Source: an uncultured virus (IMG/VR IMGVR_UViG_3300042879_004844) (lineage: Duplodnaviria > Heunggongvirae > Uroviricota > Caudoviricetes). Taken from it: a stretch of DNA of 64,000 nucleotides. The notes below the pieces were generated by a model, which was not told the DNA's origin, searched no databases, and was given only the letters and a program-made list of their open reading frames with translations. The stretch lies in IMG/VR virus record IMGVR_UViG_3300042879_004844, one strand, 5' to 3'. Both the position numbers and the translations under genes were made by a program. This document shows positions 36,464 to 45,810 of the stretch, piece by piece; position 1 is the first letter of the stretch, and every line of letters begins with the position of its first letter.

Positions 36464-39400
36464 CCGCCGCGGATCACGTCTCGCATCGTCTCACGAATGG
36501 CGCGCTTCCACTCTTCCTCATTGGGAAAGTCCTTCCGGGTGATGCCCATGCGATCTCGCAGATAGGCGATGGTCTTGCGGCGGTCCTCGGAATAGAGACC
36601 ATAGTCAAAGTTGCCGTCGTCATCGGTGTAGCGGGGGTTGTAGCCGGGCATGAATCTGGCCCCCGACAGAGGAGCCTGATCAGACACCGGGGCCGCGACT
36701 CCGGCAAGACTCTGGTCATCCTGGGATGATCCGGATGGGCCCGCGGGCATGAATCTGGCCGCCATGGAACGTCCGCGGTCATCCTGAATCTCATAGTCAT
36801 GATCGAGTCGCAGTCTCGTGAGGGTGTCCCTCTGGGATGAGTTCGGAGTCCGTCCGCCAATGTTGACGCGACTGCCCTGCCGGACAACTCGCAGATAACC
36901 CTCATTCTCGGCGGCCATCTGGGCCTTTTCGTCGGACTCGACGTTGGGATAAAACGACCGCGCGGCGATGCGGTGTTCGGATCCCGGATCCACGTTCACG
37001 ATCTCGCCATCTGGAGTGATCCAGGCCTTTTGGCGAAGAGACGGGACATCCTCATCGGGATCATAGAAGCCCGCCGGCATGAATCTGGCAGAACTTCCGT
37101 AGGGTTCTATCCGATCCTCTTCCAGCTTGAGCTTCTTCTCGATGGCCGTGTCTTTCAGCTCTTTGAGCATCTTCGGAGTCGGACGTCCCTCATACCAGAG
37201 AGTCCTGCCCATCCTGCGGACGCGCACGAAGCGGCGATCCTTGAGATCGTCGTAGTTCACTCGGCGGAGATCAAACAGATCCTCAGGAAAAATGTCGAGA
37301 TGGTCGTCCACGTTGACCCAGCCCCTCGGGGAGAGCCACGCCGATTCGCCCTTGAGCCGGTCCTCGACCCTGGCATTGGCATCCTTCACGATCCGATCCA
37401 CGAGTGAGGCCCGGCTTGCCGGCATGAACTTGACTCCAGATGTGTCAAATTTGTCGTCCGTGTCCCAATCCCAAACGGCCTTGATTGCCAAGGATGGTAT
37501 TTTTCCAGTATAGACAAAATTTCCATCCCCAAAAATAGAGTCTTCATCTGATGAAGCTTGTGACATTTGGCTCCGGATATAGTCAAACACCTTATTCCAG
37601 TCTTTAGATTTTGTGGTTCTATAATGATAGATCCCGGCTTGTTCTGGATCAGGAAACATGCGTTTTGGGTCCAGTTTGGATGTATCTACCGAAATGTGGA
37701 ACGTGTTTTTATCGTCGACGTCCCATCCCCCATCAAAATCTGGATCCAGGGCAAAATAAGTGTTTCCCTTGAAACCTTGTGACAAGATTTTTTTTGCGTT
37801 TTTGCGCGTTGTCCCATGACTAACAATGAAACCTTTTTTCACTCGCTCTTGAAACGCATCAAAAATTTTTTGATTTTCTTCAGAAAGTTCGGATCTATTT
37901 ACGGGCATGAACTTGGCCCCGGGCCCCGTGCCGCCACCGCCCTTGTCCGGTGGATTGTTCTCAAGAAACTCGCTGATCTTGTCGTAGAACGCGTCGAGCA
38001 TGTCCGAGGGCTCGCGATACTCGCCCGGGTCGAGCATGAAATAGCCGACCGAGTCCTCCATGCCGGGCTCGACGTAGATGTTGACCCTGGTTCCTCCGAG
38101 TCCAGAGGCGATCGGCTCAAACGTGTATTTGCCGAGTGACGTCGTTTCGTCGTTCATCAGGGCCTCGGCGGCCTCGTTGATCATCTGCGTTGTGATTGAC
38201 TTGGTCTTGGATGCCGGCGCAGACGTGGCTCCGAGAGTCGACAGGGCCTCGTAGATGGCCGCCTCGAGGTCCATGGGTTCCATGTTCTGCGATCCCTGGA
38301 TCGGGATGATGCCGAGAACTTCATTGTCCTTGTTGTAAGCAGAGATTGCCACAGATCCAGACTGCGTGACGCCCTTGGCAAACTTCTTGCCGCCGATCTC
38401 GACGACCTCGATGTCTGGGTCCATCAACTGGGCCGCCGCCTGCATCGCGAAGTCCTGCTCCGGAGTCAGGAGCGACTGGGCCTCGGGTGTCTTCCAGTCC
38501 TTCATCCAGTCAAGCGCGAAATAGTCGTCGTAGATTCCCTTAGGACCGGTCATGGGAGTCGCCGTCTCTGGCTCAAACGGAATGGTGTTTGACACGGCAA
38601 CGCCATTAAGTTTTACGACGGCCGCGGTGATTTCACCAGAGTCGTCCTCGATGCCCTCGAGCTCCCATGTGTTTCCGTCGATCGTGGTTGGCTCGTCGAG
38701 CAGCGCGTCATTGAGAAATTCCATGGCCTGTTTCTGGGCCGCGGTCTCGTCTTTTTTCTCCGGGCTTTTTTGATTCAGATACTTCGCGGCCTCTCGGATG
38801 ACGTAGGCAAACGGCCCGATCGCGAAATTCTTGTCGTCCTTGATGAACTGATACATTCCGTCCTCCGCGACCTGCTTGACGATCTTGACCTCGTCTCCCT
38901 GGCCGTTCGTGAGAACCACGGACTTCCACTTGCCATCCTTGGTGGCCTGTGCATCGTCAAGAGTCACTCCCAGATTGTCGACAAATTTCATCAGTGCGTC
39001 GGAGTCGGCAAGAATCACGGGATCCGCCTCATTCTCCGAGGGTTTCAGATACGGGTGGCTGGGATTCGCGGCATCGAAGATTGCCAGGGCCGTCTCAGAG
39101 ACAGACGGGAGGACTCCGTTGTCGGCCCAGTATTGCATGATGGCTGTCTTGTTGCCGGGCGCCCACTCGGTCACAAACGGATCGCCCTGCTCGTCCTCGT
39201 ATGGATTTGTCACGGCCGTGCCCGAGTTCGCCGTGAAATACACGTGGTTGGTCCCGCCGATCTCACCCTCTTCAAACGGTCCGACCATGGCGGCCGCCTC
39301 GGCGACGGTCATGAGGGTGTCGTCTGCCTTGGCATATCCGACTGCCGGAGAATCCAGGGTCAGCCCCTCTTCCTCGACCTCTTCGATCATGTCGGCCGCC

Positions 39401-42400
39401 TTGCGCTTCTCAAGCTTGTCGGATGCCCACTTGCCGACGTCGTAGAGATACTTGCCGAGGGCCTCGACATCGCCCGCCCCGATTGAGTCAGTGATCATGG
39501 CCTTGGCCGGAGCGCCGGCCCCGCTGAGCAGCAGGGTCTCGACATACTCGGCCGAGGCGTCGATGTCCGAGGGCGGGAGATTTGCCAGGTTGACATCAAC
39601 CCACTCGAGATCCTGGAGATTCTTGATCAGCTGGTTGACTCTGGCTTTGGCCGAGACCGGCAGGACCGCAATGAGGTCTGAGACTTTCTGGCTCGGTGCC
39701 GGCATCTGCGGCTTCATCTCGGCCTTCAGATTCTGCTGCATCCAGTCGGCGGTGTTGCCATAGCCGTTCATCTTGGCACGCATGAGCGCATACTCGGCGA
39801 GCCAGTCGACGATGTCACGCTTCTTGCCGCCTGGAATCGTGGCCGTGGTCAGAAGATTGCCCTCAGACACAGAGTCTCCCTGATAGACCTTGAGAGTCGC
39901 GGCCTGTCCAGACCCACCGGCGTTGACAACCGTGACGTCGCCGAGCTTCAGGCCGTTAAATCCGTTGAACAGCAACCCCGTGACAAACTCATTGAGATTT
40001 GAGGGAGTCGACTTGTCAAGCTTGGGCTGGAACACATTTCCTATGAACCATTGGTCTGACCACGATGACGTTTTGGCCGCGCTAGGAGCATTGAGCGCGC
40101 TCTTCGCGATGTCCTTGTTGATCATCTCGGTCGCGAGCTCGATGCTGCCCACCATCGGCTTTCCTTTTGTGGTCATCGCTATGCTGTAGCTGTTGACCGG
40201 CTTGCCGTTCTTGTAGAGAGTCAGCGTGTTCAGTTCGGAATTCTTGGAAACAAGCTTCACCGTCCATTCTCCCTCTCCGAAGCCGTCTCCGACCACCTTG
40301 GAACTTGCCGCCATGTTGACCATGTTCTTGGTTGCCTTCAGGACCCCAGAGGATGAAGACTTCTCGGAGAGACCAGTCTCCATCTTCGTCGGAAGCGAAG
40401 GTGTCTTGCCAGTGACGCGCGGGTCCCGGCCCTCGACGAGCAGCATGCGGAAGAGCTTGACGGCGTCGGTCCTGGCGACCCCGAGATCTCCAAAATGATC
40501 GTCGAGGATGATCCCAATGTGCGCGTTCTGGTCCTTCTTGATCGCCTTCCAGTCGTCGTTCTTTCCGCCATTCTTGCGAAAGATTCCCTCGGCCGCGTTG
40601 GCAATGTTTTCAAACGGGGCCTCGCGACGAACTCCGCTCGATGACTTGCGATAGTAATCTGAGACCAGGTCCTTGAGAAGATCAGTGAACTGGGACGGGT
40701 CCATGTTTTCGACCAGCGTGGGCGGAAGCTGCTCGATGACCTTGGCTTCGAGATCCTGTGTGAGGGGCGCATCGGCGCGCATGTCGGCAAACCAGGCGTC
40801 GGCCAGTTTCCCCATGGTGCCGCTCACGAATCCGCGGAGTTCTCGAGGATTTGCCACATTGGCCTTGAAGTCAAGCATCTTGGCGATCCAGCCGTATCCC
40901 TCGACCCCGAGATAGTATTTCTTGAGCTTGTTGAAGACCGTGTTCGTGTTGTGCTGCAGGTCGTAGGCCCGGTCGATCTCCTGGAACATGGCGTTGTAGG
41001 CGCCCGGGTCGCGGAACTCGTTGGTCTCGATGATCTGCATGCGGCCGGTCTCTGGATCGGTCGCGACGGCGCGGACTCGCTCGGTGGAATATGTCGGATC
41101 TGACATCTGGGCGAGATGGGCCGCGATGTCGCCCCATGGGTTTCCGCCGTAGCTCGACGACCAGTCGCCGCGACGATACAGCTGCTCGGCAAAGCGCGCC
41201 ACGTCGGCGATGCCCATGCCCAGTTTCTTGCGAGCATTTTCCATCGCGACAAAAGAGGCCCGGTAGCCCTCGCTCTCTCCCTTGTAGCGGCGCGGTCCCT
41301 TCTCTTTCTTGAGATCTGGCATGCCGGCACCCTGGATCGCATACTGCCGCATGTATTCCTGATAGAATTCGGTCTCGGCGAGATCGGCTGGCTGTCTGCG
41401 CGGAATGGCATGGCGAAGTTCGGCCGCGATCGCAAAATGCAGTGCCTTCTGGATCTTGCTGTGGAGAGACGGGATGAGCGTCTGCTTGGCCTCATCGAGG
41501 GCGTCCTGATATTTCTCGGCGCGCACTCCGGCATAGCGTCCGGTCGGGTCTGCCGAGGGAGCATACATGGTGGCCTCGCCGCCAAACTTGCCCATGCTCC
41601 ATCCGGTCGGCGGGGTCGTGATCATGGCGTTAAGCATGTAGAAGTCGGCCATGGTCTTCTTCGGATCGTCGGGAAGCGACGTGTAGCGGATGCCGGGAAG
41701 GAACCGAGGCATGGCGCCGCCGACAATGTCGTTCTCGACCGGAGCATCCTGAAACTGGTCGAGACGAAGCGACCGTGCCTCGTTCTCTGGGAAAAAATTG
41801 ACGAGCATCTTGCCGTAGTCGACAGGAAGCTTCTGGGCGTTGCTGATCTGCATCTGGTTGATGCGGTCCATGCGAGCCGACATGATCAGGCGGTCGGCCG
41901 AGTCCTTCCCGCGTCGCGCCGGAAGCGTGGTCCTCGATGGATTCAGCGACTCAGTCTCCTTGGTGAACAGATTGAAAAAGTCGTTGATGCGGTTCTTTTT
42001 CTGCATCGCGATGTCGGGATCGACGTCAAGTCCGGTCTGTCCAGCCAGTCCCCGGTTGTGGTTGTCGAGCACCCGGGTCACGTCCTCCCAGAACTTGCCG
42101 AGATCGCGTCCCCAGAGATTGAGATTCTCTGGCCGCTTCTGTGACCAGAGATTCATCTTGTCGAACATGCGGCTGACCGAGATGGTCGTGGCCAGAAAGT
42201 TGCCCTGCTTGCTGAACTGATACCCAATCGGCACGACGTCGCGGATGCGCGGACTGAGGGCCCGATACCTTCCGCCGCGAAGGGCCGCCTGGTATTCCAT
42301 CAGGATGCGAGTCCCGTCGCGTTTCTGGAGCACCTCGTTGAAGGCGGCTATGTTCTTCTTGAGAGACGGGGGAATCACGCTGTTGGGCAGTGCCATGACG

Positions 42401-45400
42401 GCCTCGAGCTGCGACGGGCTCATGACCCCGCGATAGCTCCCGTTTCCGGTGTCGCGGAGTCGTCCCTCGAAGCCGTCCTCTGGCGCGTTGTCGATCGCGT
42501 CCTTGATCATCTGGTCGCGCTGGCGAGCCCGCGCCTGGATCTCCTTGTTTGTCAGAATCTTGGGACTGCCGTCAGGATTCCTGGCGATGCGACTGTCGAT
42601 CGAGGCGCGCGATCCGTCTGGGAGACCGGACAGGTCGATGGTCGGTGTGAGTGGCAGGGCATTGCCATTCTCGTCAACCAGCCGCCCGTTGACAATCCGG
42701 TATTCTCCGGTGGCAGAATCGGTCGTGGGGTCATCGGGAATCACGATCTGCGCGACGGTGTTTCCCTCGTCGTCCTGGACATCAAGAACGGTCTCCTTGT
42801 CCCAGATGACATCATCCTTGTATGCCTCCTGCAGGGCTCGGTTTGTCATCAGCTCAGTGACGCTGATCTCGACCTCGCCTTCAGTGGTGCCGCCGGCATA
42901 GGTGAGCATGTCGTTGAACTCGCGAAGGTTTCTCTTGTATTGGCGCATGATCGCCAGGGCATCGGGATCAAAGGGTGCCTGGTCTCCAAAGATCACGGAC
43001 TTCACGTCTCCCTTTGAGTCGAGTTCAACTCCCATGGCCTCGAGGGCCTGGCGGAGTCGCCCGAGCATGGAATTTTTTCGAGAAATGAGAAGACGGTCGA
43101 CAACGGCCTGACCAGGCGAATCGAGTGCCTCGCGGATCGTGGAATAGCCGGTCTCGGACAGCGCCGACAGTTCGGACATGAGCTCGGAACGGACATACTC
43201 GACGGCCTGCTGCGGCGACGCGAAAGAATCACGAAACTTGGTCTCGCCTCCGGGACCGTAGAGTCGCTCGGCATACATCGGGATTCCAACGTCGTTGATC
43301 CAGTCGTCGGTGATAATTCCCGGGGTCGCCTCGAGCACCGTGCCGTCGGGACGGACGATTCGCTTGCCGAACCACAGGTCTCTCACCGGGCGCTGCATCT
43401 CCTGGACCTCGCGGAACTGCTCAAGAATGTGGTTGCTCTCGTGCTGCAGCAGATAACGAAGACCCACGCGGCGCGGATCACGCATCAGCTGCTCGGTGTT
43501 CATCACGATCGTCGGGGCCCCGATGTTGGCCATCCGAAGATGGGCCGGGGCATCGGCCTGGTCGGAGTCTGACAGCGCGAATCCCGTCTGTTGTGGCCAG
43601 AGCTGCACCTGCTCCTGAAATTTTTGGACGGCCTGGTTGGCACGCAGGAGTGACTGTTCCTCGGATGGACTGAGATCGGTGCGGCCTCCGAGCTGTGTGA
43701 CGATCGCCTCGGCCTGTTCAAGATTCTGTCCCCAGCGCTCGCGAATGAACGACTCGATCTGAGACGGGTCAAGAATCTTCACGTTCACGCCGTTGAGACC
43801 CGCGGCCCTGCCGTTTGACTTAAGAAGATCGAGGCCGTCTGCCATGATGAGCTCGACGGCCCGGCGGCGCTCGTCGCGGTCTTCCTGCGTCAGATCCTTG
43901 GTGCTCTCCTGCAGGGCCGACAGTTCATCGGCCTTTTGGGTGATGACGGCATCGAGCTCGGCCGTGTCTTCCTCGGCATAGTCGGCCTCGGCCTTGCGCT
44001 GGAACAGTTCGTCGAGCTCTCGCATGCGAGACGCGACCTGTTCCTCTGGGCTCGAGAGCTTTTCAACCTGCCGCACAAGCTCCGGATCGGCCGTCGCCCG
44101 GAAGCGCTTGAGATCGGCATCCTCGTCGAGACGACGATCGAGCGGGTCGATCTCGGTCACCCGGTCGATCTTTGTGGCAAGGCCGGTTGTCGGATCAAGG
44201 GCTGCCCCGATGCGCTCGGGCACGCGGCCGGCCATGTAGGAGCCGATGCCGAAGCCCACGCCGGTGGAGCGGCCAAATTCTTCTGCGGTCTCGATGTCGG
44301 CTGCCCCGATGATACCGTTCAGCGCGGCGCCAGAGACACCCGACTTGGTGAGACTGTTCGCGAGACGCAGACCGTAGTCGGCGGTGCGGGCTCGCATGAC
44401 CCCGCCGCGTCCGGGTCTGATCGGTTCCTTGCCCTCGGCAACGCGCTGCTTGTTCTTGCGCTCCATCTTCTCGAGCCGCTTCTGTGCGCCGGGTCCAAAG
44501 AGGTCGCGGATCCAGTCGGCAGACTGGGGGTCTCTTCCGAGTCGCTCGACGATGCCGGTCCGTCCGCGAATCCCGCCCTCGTCGATCTGGCGGCCGACAT
44601 CGCGAAGCGTGCGGCCGACTCCCTCGACCAGCTGACCAGGTCTCTTGGTGAATGCCGAGACGATCGTGCCAGGTGCCGCCAGGAAGGTGTCGGGACGTCC
44701 CGTGATTGCCTGGCTGATGCCTGCTCCGACCTTCTCGGCTCCCTCGCCGACCCTCCGGATTCCGATGCCAACACCTTCAAGAGGATTGACGCCCCTGATC
44801 GTGGGCTTTGTCACGCCTCGCACGGCGAGTCCGCCCGCGGCCTCCATGGTTCCGCCGAGCGCGCTCGTGACGGGCTTCACCAGCCTGGCCGGAAGACCGA
44901 CCGGAGACAGGACCTCGCCGAGCATCGAGATGTCCTCGTCTGGTCTGAACTTGGCCTCCTGAAGCAGAGATTCTTCGTATCCGGCAAGAGCGGCTCGTTT
45001 CGCCTCTGGCGTCAGGGCTCCCTGTCCAGACAACATCGCGGCTCCCTCGATCACGGTCCCGGCGAGCGGGTTTCTGGCCAGCAGGGTCGCGGCACGATCG
45101 GGATTCTCCTGGATGTCCTCAGCCTCGCCGCGGCGCATGTCCTCGCGAGCAAGATAGTTGTTAAAAGATTGTTCTGGCGTGACGAGTCCGAGTTTCTCGG
45201 CGGCACGGTCAGTGATGCTGGTTCCAAACATCGCGGCCCTCGTCGCGGCATTTGCCGTTTCTTCCATGTCCTGCGCGACCCCGGAGGCCAGCGAACGCAC
45301 GGCCCGGTTTGCGCCGCCATACGTCTGCGACAGGGCTCGCTCATACTCGTCTGATCCGGGCTCATACTGCAGCCCGGCAAGCACGGTCTGGCCGATGGGC

Positions 45401-45807
45401 TTGAGAGCTCCCTCATAGGCAAATTTGCCTGTTCCCCTGACGAGCTGCCCGACGGTCTCCGGGACGGCCTGAATGAAGGCACCCGCGGCCCCGAGTGCAA
45501 CATCGGTCAGTGGCCTCGCCCGCTCTGCCTCGAAGGCGATGCGCTGTTGATCGGTCGTGAGCGGTTGTCCCTCGGCCCGCATGCGGCGGACGGTCTCGGG
45601 ATCGGTCTCGGTCTCGCGCATGACCTGGGCCAGGGCACCCTCAGGGACCGGCTCCTTCGACACCTCCTCGGTGACCTCGTCGAGAATCGATGCGGGCTTC
45701 TTCTTGCGGCGACGCCCGACGGCGCCGCGCGAGACTCCGCCGACCATGCCGGATTTTGGCCTGGTCTCAGACGTGACCTCGCCGATGACTTCCTCGAGAA
45801 CGGCCAT
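36460..45807 (-). CDS. Giant (3115 aa) polyvalent, probably virion-injected protein
   Basis: Last gene of the ejection module; zincin-like HESNH plus downstream SELMSE; ART-like HGT module; modules bounded by (R/K)F(M/L)P. Confidence 0.75.
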   Translation of the reverse strand: MAVLEEVIGEVTSETRPKSGMVGGVSRGAVGRRRKKKPASILDEVTEEVSKEPVPEGALAQVMRETETDPETVRRMRAEGQPLTTDQQRIAFEAERARPLTDVALGAAGAFIQAVPETVGQLVRGTGKFAYEGALKPIGQTVLAGLQYEPGSDEYERALSQTYGGANRAVRSLASGVAQDMEETANAATRAAMFGTSITDRAAEKLGLVTPEQSFNNYLAREDMRRGEAEDIQENPDRAATLLARNPLAGTVIEGAAMLSGQGALTPEAKRAALAGYEESLLQEAKFRPDEDISMLGEVLSPVGLPARLVKPVTSALGGTMEAAGGLAVRGVTKPTIRGVNPLEGVGIGIRRVGEGAEKVGAGISQAITGRPDTFLAAPGTIVSAFTKRPGQLVEGVGRTLRDVGRQIDEGGIRGRTGIVERLGRDPQSADWIRDLFGPGAQKRLEKMERKNKQRVAEGKEPIRPGRGGVMRARTADYGLRLANSLTKSGVSGAALNGIIGAADIETAEEFGRSTGVGFGIGSYMAGRVPERIGAALDPTTGLATKIDRVTEIDPLDRRLDEDADLKRFRATADPELVRQVEKLSSPEEQVASRMRELDELFQRKAEADYAEEDTAELDAVITQKADELSALQESTKDLTQEDRDERRRAVELIMADGLDLLKSNGRAAGLNGVNVKILDPSQIESFIRERWGQNLEQAEAIVTQLGGRTDLSPSEEQSLLRANQAVQKFQEQVQLWPQQTGFALSDSDQADAPAHLRMANIGAPTIVMNTEQLMRDPRRVGLRYLLQHESNHILEQFREVQEMQRPVRDLWFGKRIVRPDGTVLEATPGIITDDWINDVGIPMYAERLYGPGGETKFRDSFASPQQAVEYVRSELMSELSALSETGYSTIREALDSPGQAVVDRLLISRKNSMLGRLRQALEAMGVELDSKGDVKSVIFGDQAPFDPDALAIMRQYKRNLREFNDMLTYAGGTTEGEVEISVTELMTNRALQEAYKDDVIWDKETVLDVQDDEGNTVAQIVIPDDPTTDSATGEYRIVNGRLVDENGNALPLTPTIDLSGLPDGSRASIDSRIARNPDGSPKILTNKEIQARARQRDQMIKDAIDNAPEDGFEGRLRDTGNGSYRGVMSPSQLEAVMALPNSVIPPSLKKNIAAFNEVLQKRDGTRILMEYQAALRGGRYRALSPRIRDVVPIGYQFSKQGNFLATTISVSRMFDKMNLWSQKRPENLNLWGRDLGKFWEDVTRVLDNHNRGLAGQTGLDVDPDIAMQKKNRINDFFNLFTKETESLNPSRTTLPARRGKDSADRLIMSARMDRINQMQISNAQKLPVDYGKMLVNFFPENEARSLRLDQFQDAPVENDIVGGAMPRFLPGIRYTSLPDDPKKTMADFYMLNAMITTPPTGWSMGKFGGEATMYAPSADPTGRYAGVRAEKYQDALDEAKQTLIPSLHSKIQKALHFAIAAELRHAIPRRQPADLAETEFYQEYMRQYAIQGAGMPDLKKEKGPRRYKGESEGYRASFVAMENARKKLGMGIADVARFAEQLYRRGDWSSSYGGNPWGDIAAHLAQMSDPTYSTERVRAVATDPETGRMQIIETNEFRDPGAYNAMFQEIDRAYDLQHNTNTVFNKLKKYYLGVEGYGWIAKMLDFKANVANPRELRGFVSGTMGKLADAWFADMRADAPLTQDLEAKVIEQLPPTLVENMDPSQFTDLLKDLVSDYYRKSSSGVRREAPFENIANAAEGIFRKNGGKNDDWKAIKKDQNAHIGIILDDHFGDLGVARTDAVKLFRMLLVEGRDPRVTGKTPSLPTKMETGLSEKSSSSGVLKATKNMVNMAASSKVVGDGFGEGEWTVKLVSKNSELNTLTLYKNGKPVNSYSIAMTTKGKPMVGSIELATEMINKDIAKSALNAPSAAKTSSWSDQWFIGNVFQPKLDKSTPSNLNEFVTGLLFNGFNGLKLGDVTVVNAGGSGQAATLKVYQGDSVSEGNLLTTATIPGGKKRDIVDWLAEYALMRAKMNGYGNTADWMQQNLKAEMKPQMPAPSQKVSDLIAVLPVSAKARVNQLIKNLQDLEWVDVNLANLPPSDIDASAEYVETLLLSGAGAPAKAMITDSIGAGDVEALGKYLYDVGKWASDKLEKRKAADMIEEVEEEGLTLDSPAVGYAKADDTLMTVAEAAAMVGPFEEGEIGGTNHVYFTANSGTAVTNPYEDEQGDPFVTEWAPGNKTAIMQYWADNGVLPSVSETALAIFDAANPSHPYLKPSENEADPVILADSDALMKFVDNLGVTLDDAQATKDGKWKSVVLTNGQGDEVKIVKQVAEDGMYQFIKDDKNFAIGPFAYVIREAAKYLNQKSPEKKDETAAQKQAMEFLNDALLDEPTTIDGNTWELEGIEDDSGEITAAVVKLNGVAVSNTIPFEPETATPMTGPKGIYDDYFALDWMKDWKTPEAQSLLTPEQDFAMQAAAQLMDPDIEVVEIGGKKFAKGVTQSGSVAISAYNKDNEVLGIIPIQGSQNMEPMDLEAAIYEALSTLGATSAPASKTKSITTQMINEAAEALMNDETTSLGKYTFEPIASGLGGTRVNIYVEPGMEDSVGYFMLDPGEYREPSDMLDAFYDKISEFLENNPPDKGGGGTGPGAKFMPVNRSELSEENQKIFDAFQERVKKGFIVSHGTTRKNAKKILSQGFKGNTYFALDPDFDGGWDVDDKNTFHISVDTSKLDPKRMFPDPEQAGIYHYRTTKSKDWNKVFDYIRSQMSQASSDEDSIFGDGNFVYTGKIPSLAIKAVWDWDTDDKFDTSGVKFMPASRASLVDRIVKDANARVEDRLKGESAWLSPRGWVNVDDHLDIFPEDLFDLRRVNYDDLKDRRFVRVRRMGRTLWYEGRPTPKMLKELKDTAIEKKLKLEEDRIEPYGSSARFMPAGFYDPDEDVPSLRQKAWITPDGEIVNVDPGSEHRIAARSFYPNVESDEKAQMAAENEGYLRVVRQGSRVNIGGRTPNSSQRDTLTRLRLDHDYEIQDDRGRSMAARFMPAGPSGSSQDDQSLAGVAAPVSDQAPLSGARFMPGYNPRYTDDDGNFDYGLYSEDRRKTIAYLRDRMGITRKDFPNEEEWKRAIRETMRDVIRGG
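36646..37917 (-). repeat. Five dispersed ~15-nt direct repeats encoding (R/K)FMP
   Basis: Plus-strand (G/C)GGCATGAA(TC/CT)TG(G/A)C at 36646, 36745, 37075, 37420 and 37903. Confidence 0.85.
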
Positions 45808-45810
45808 GGG

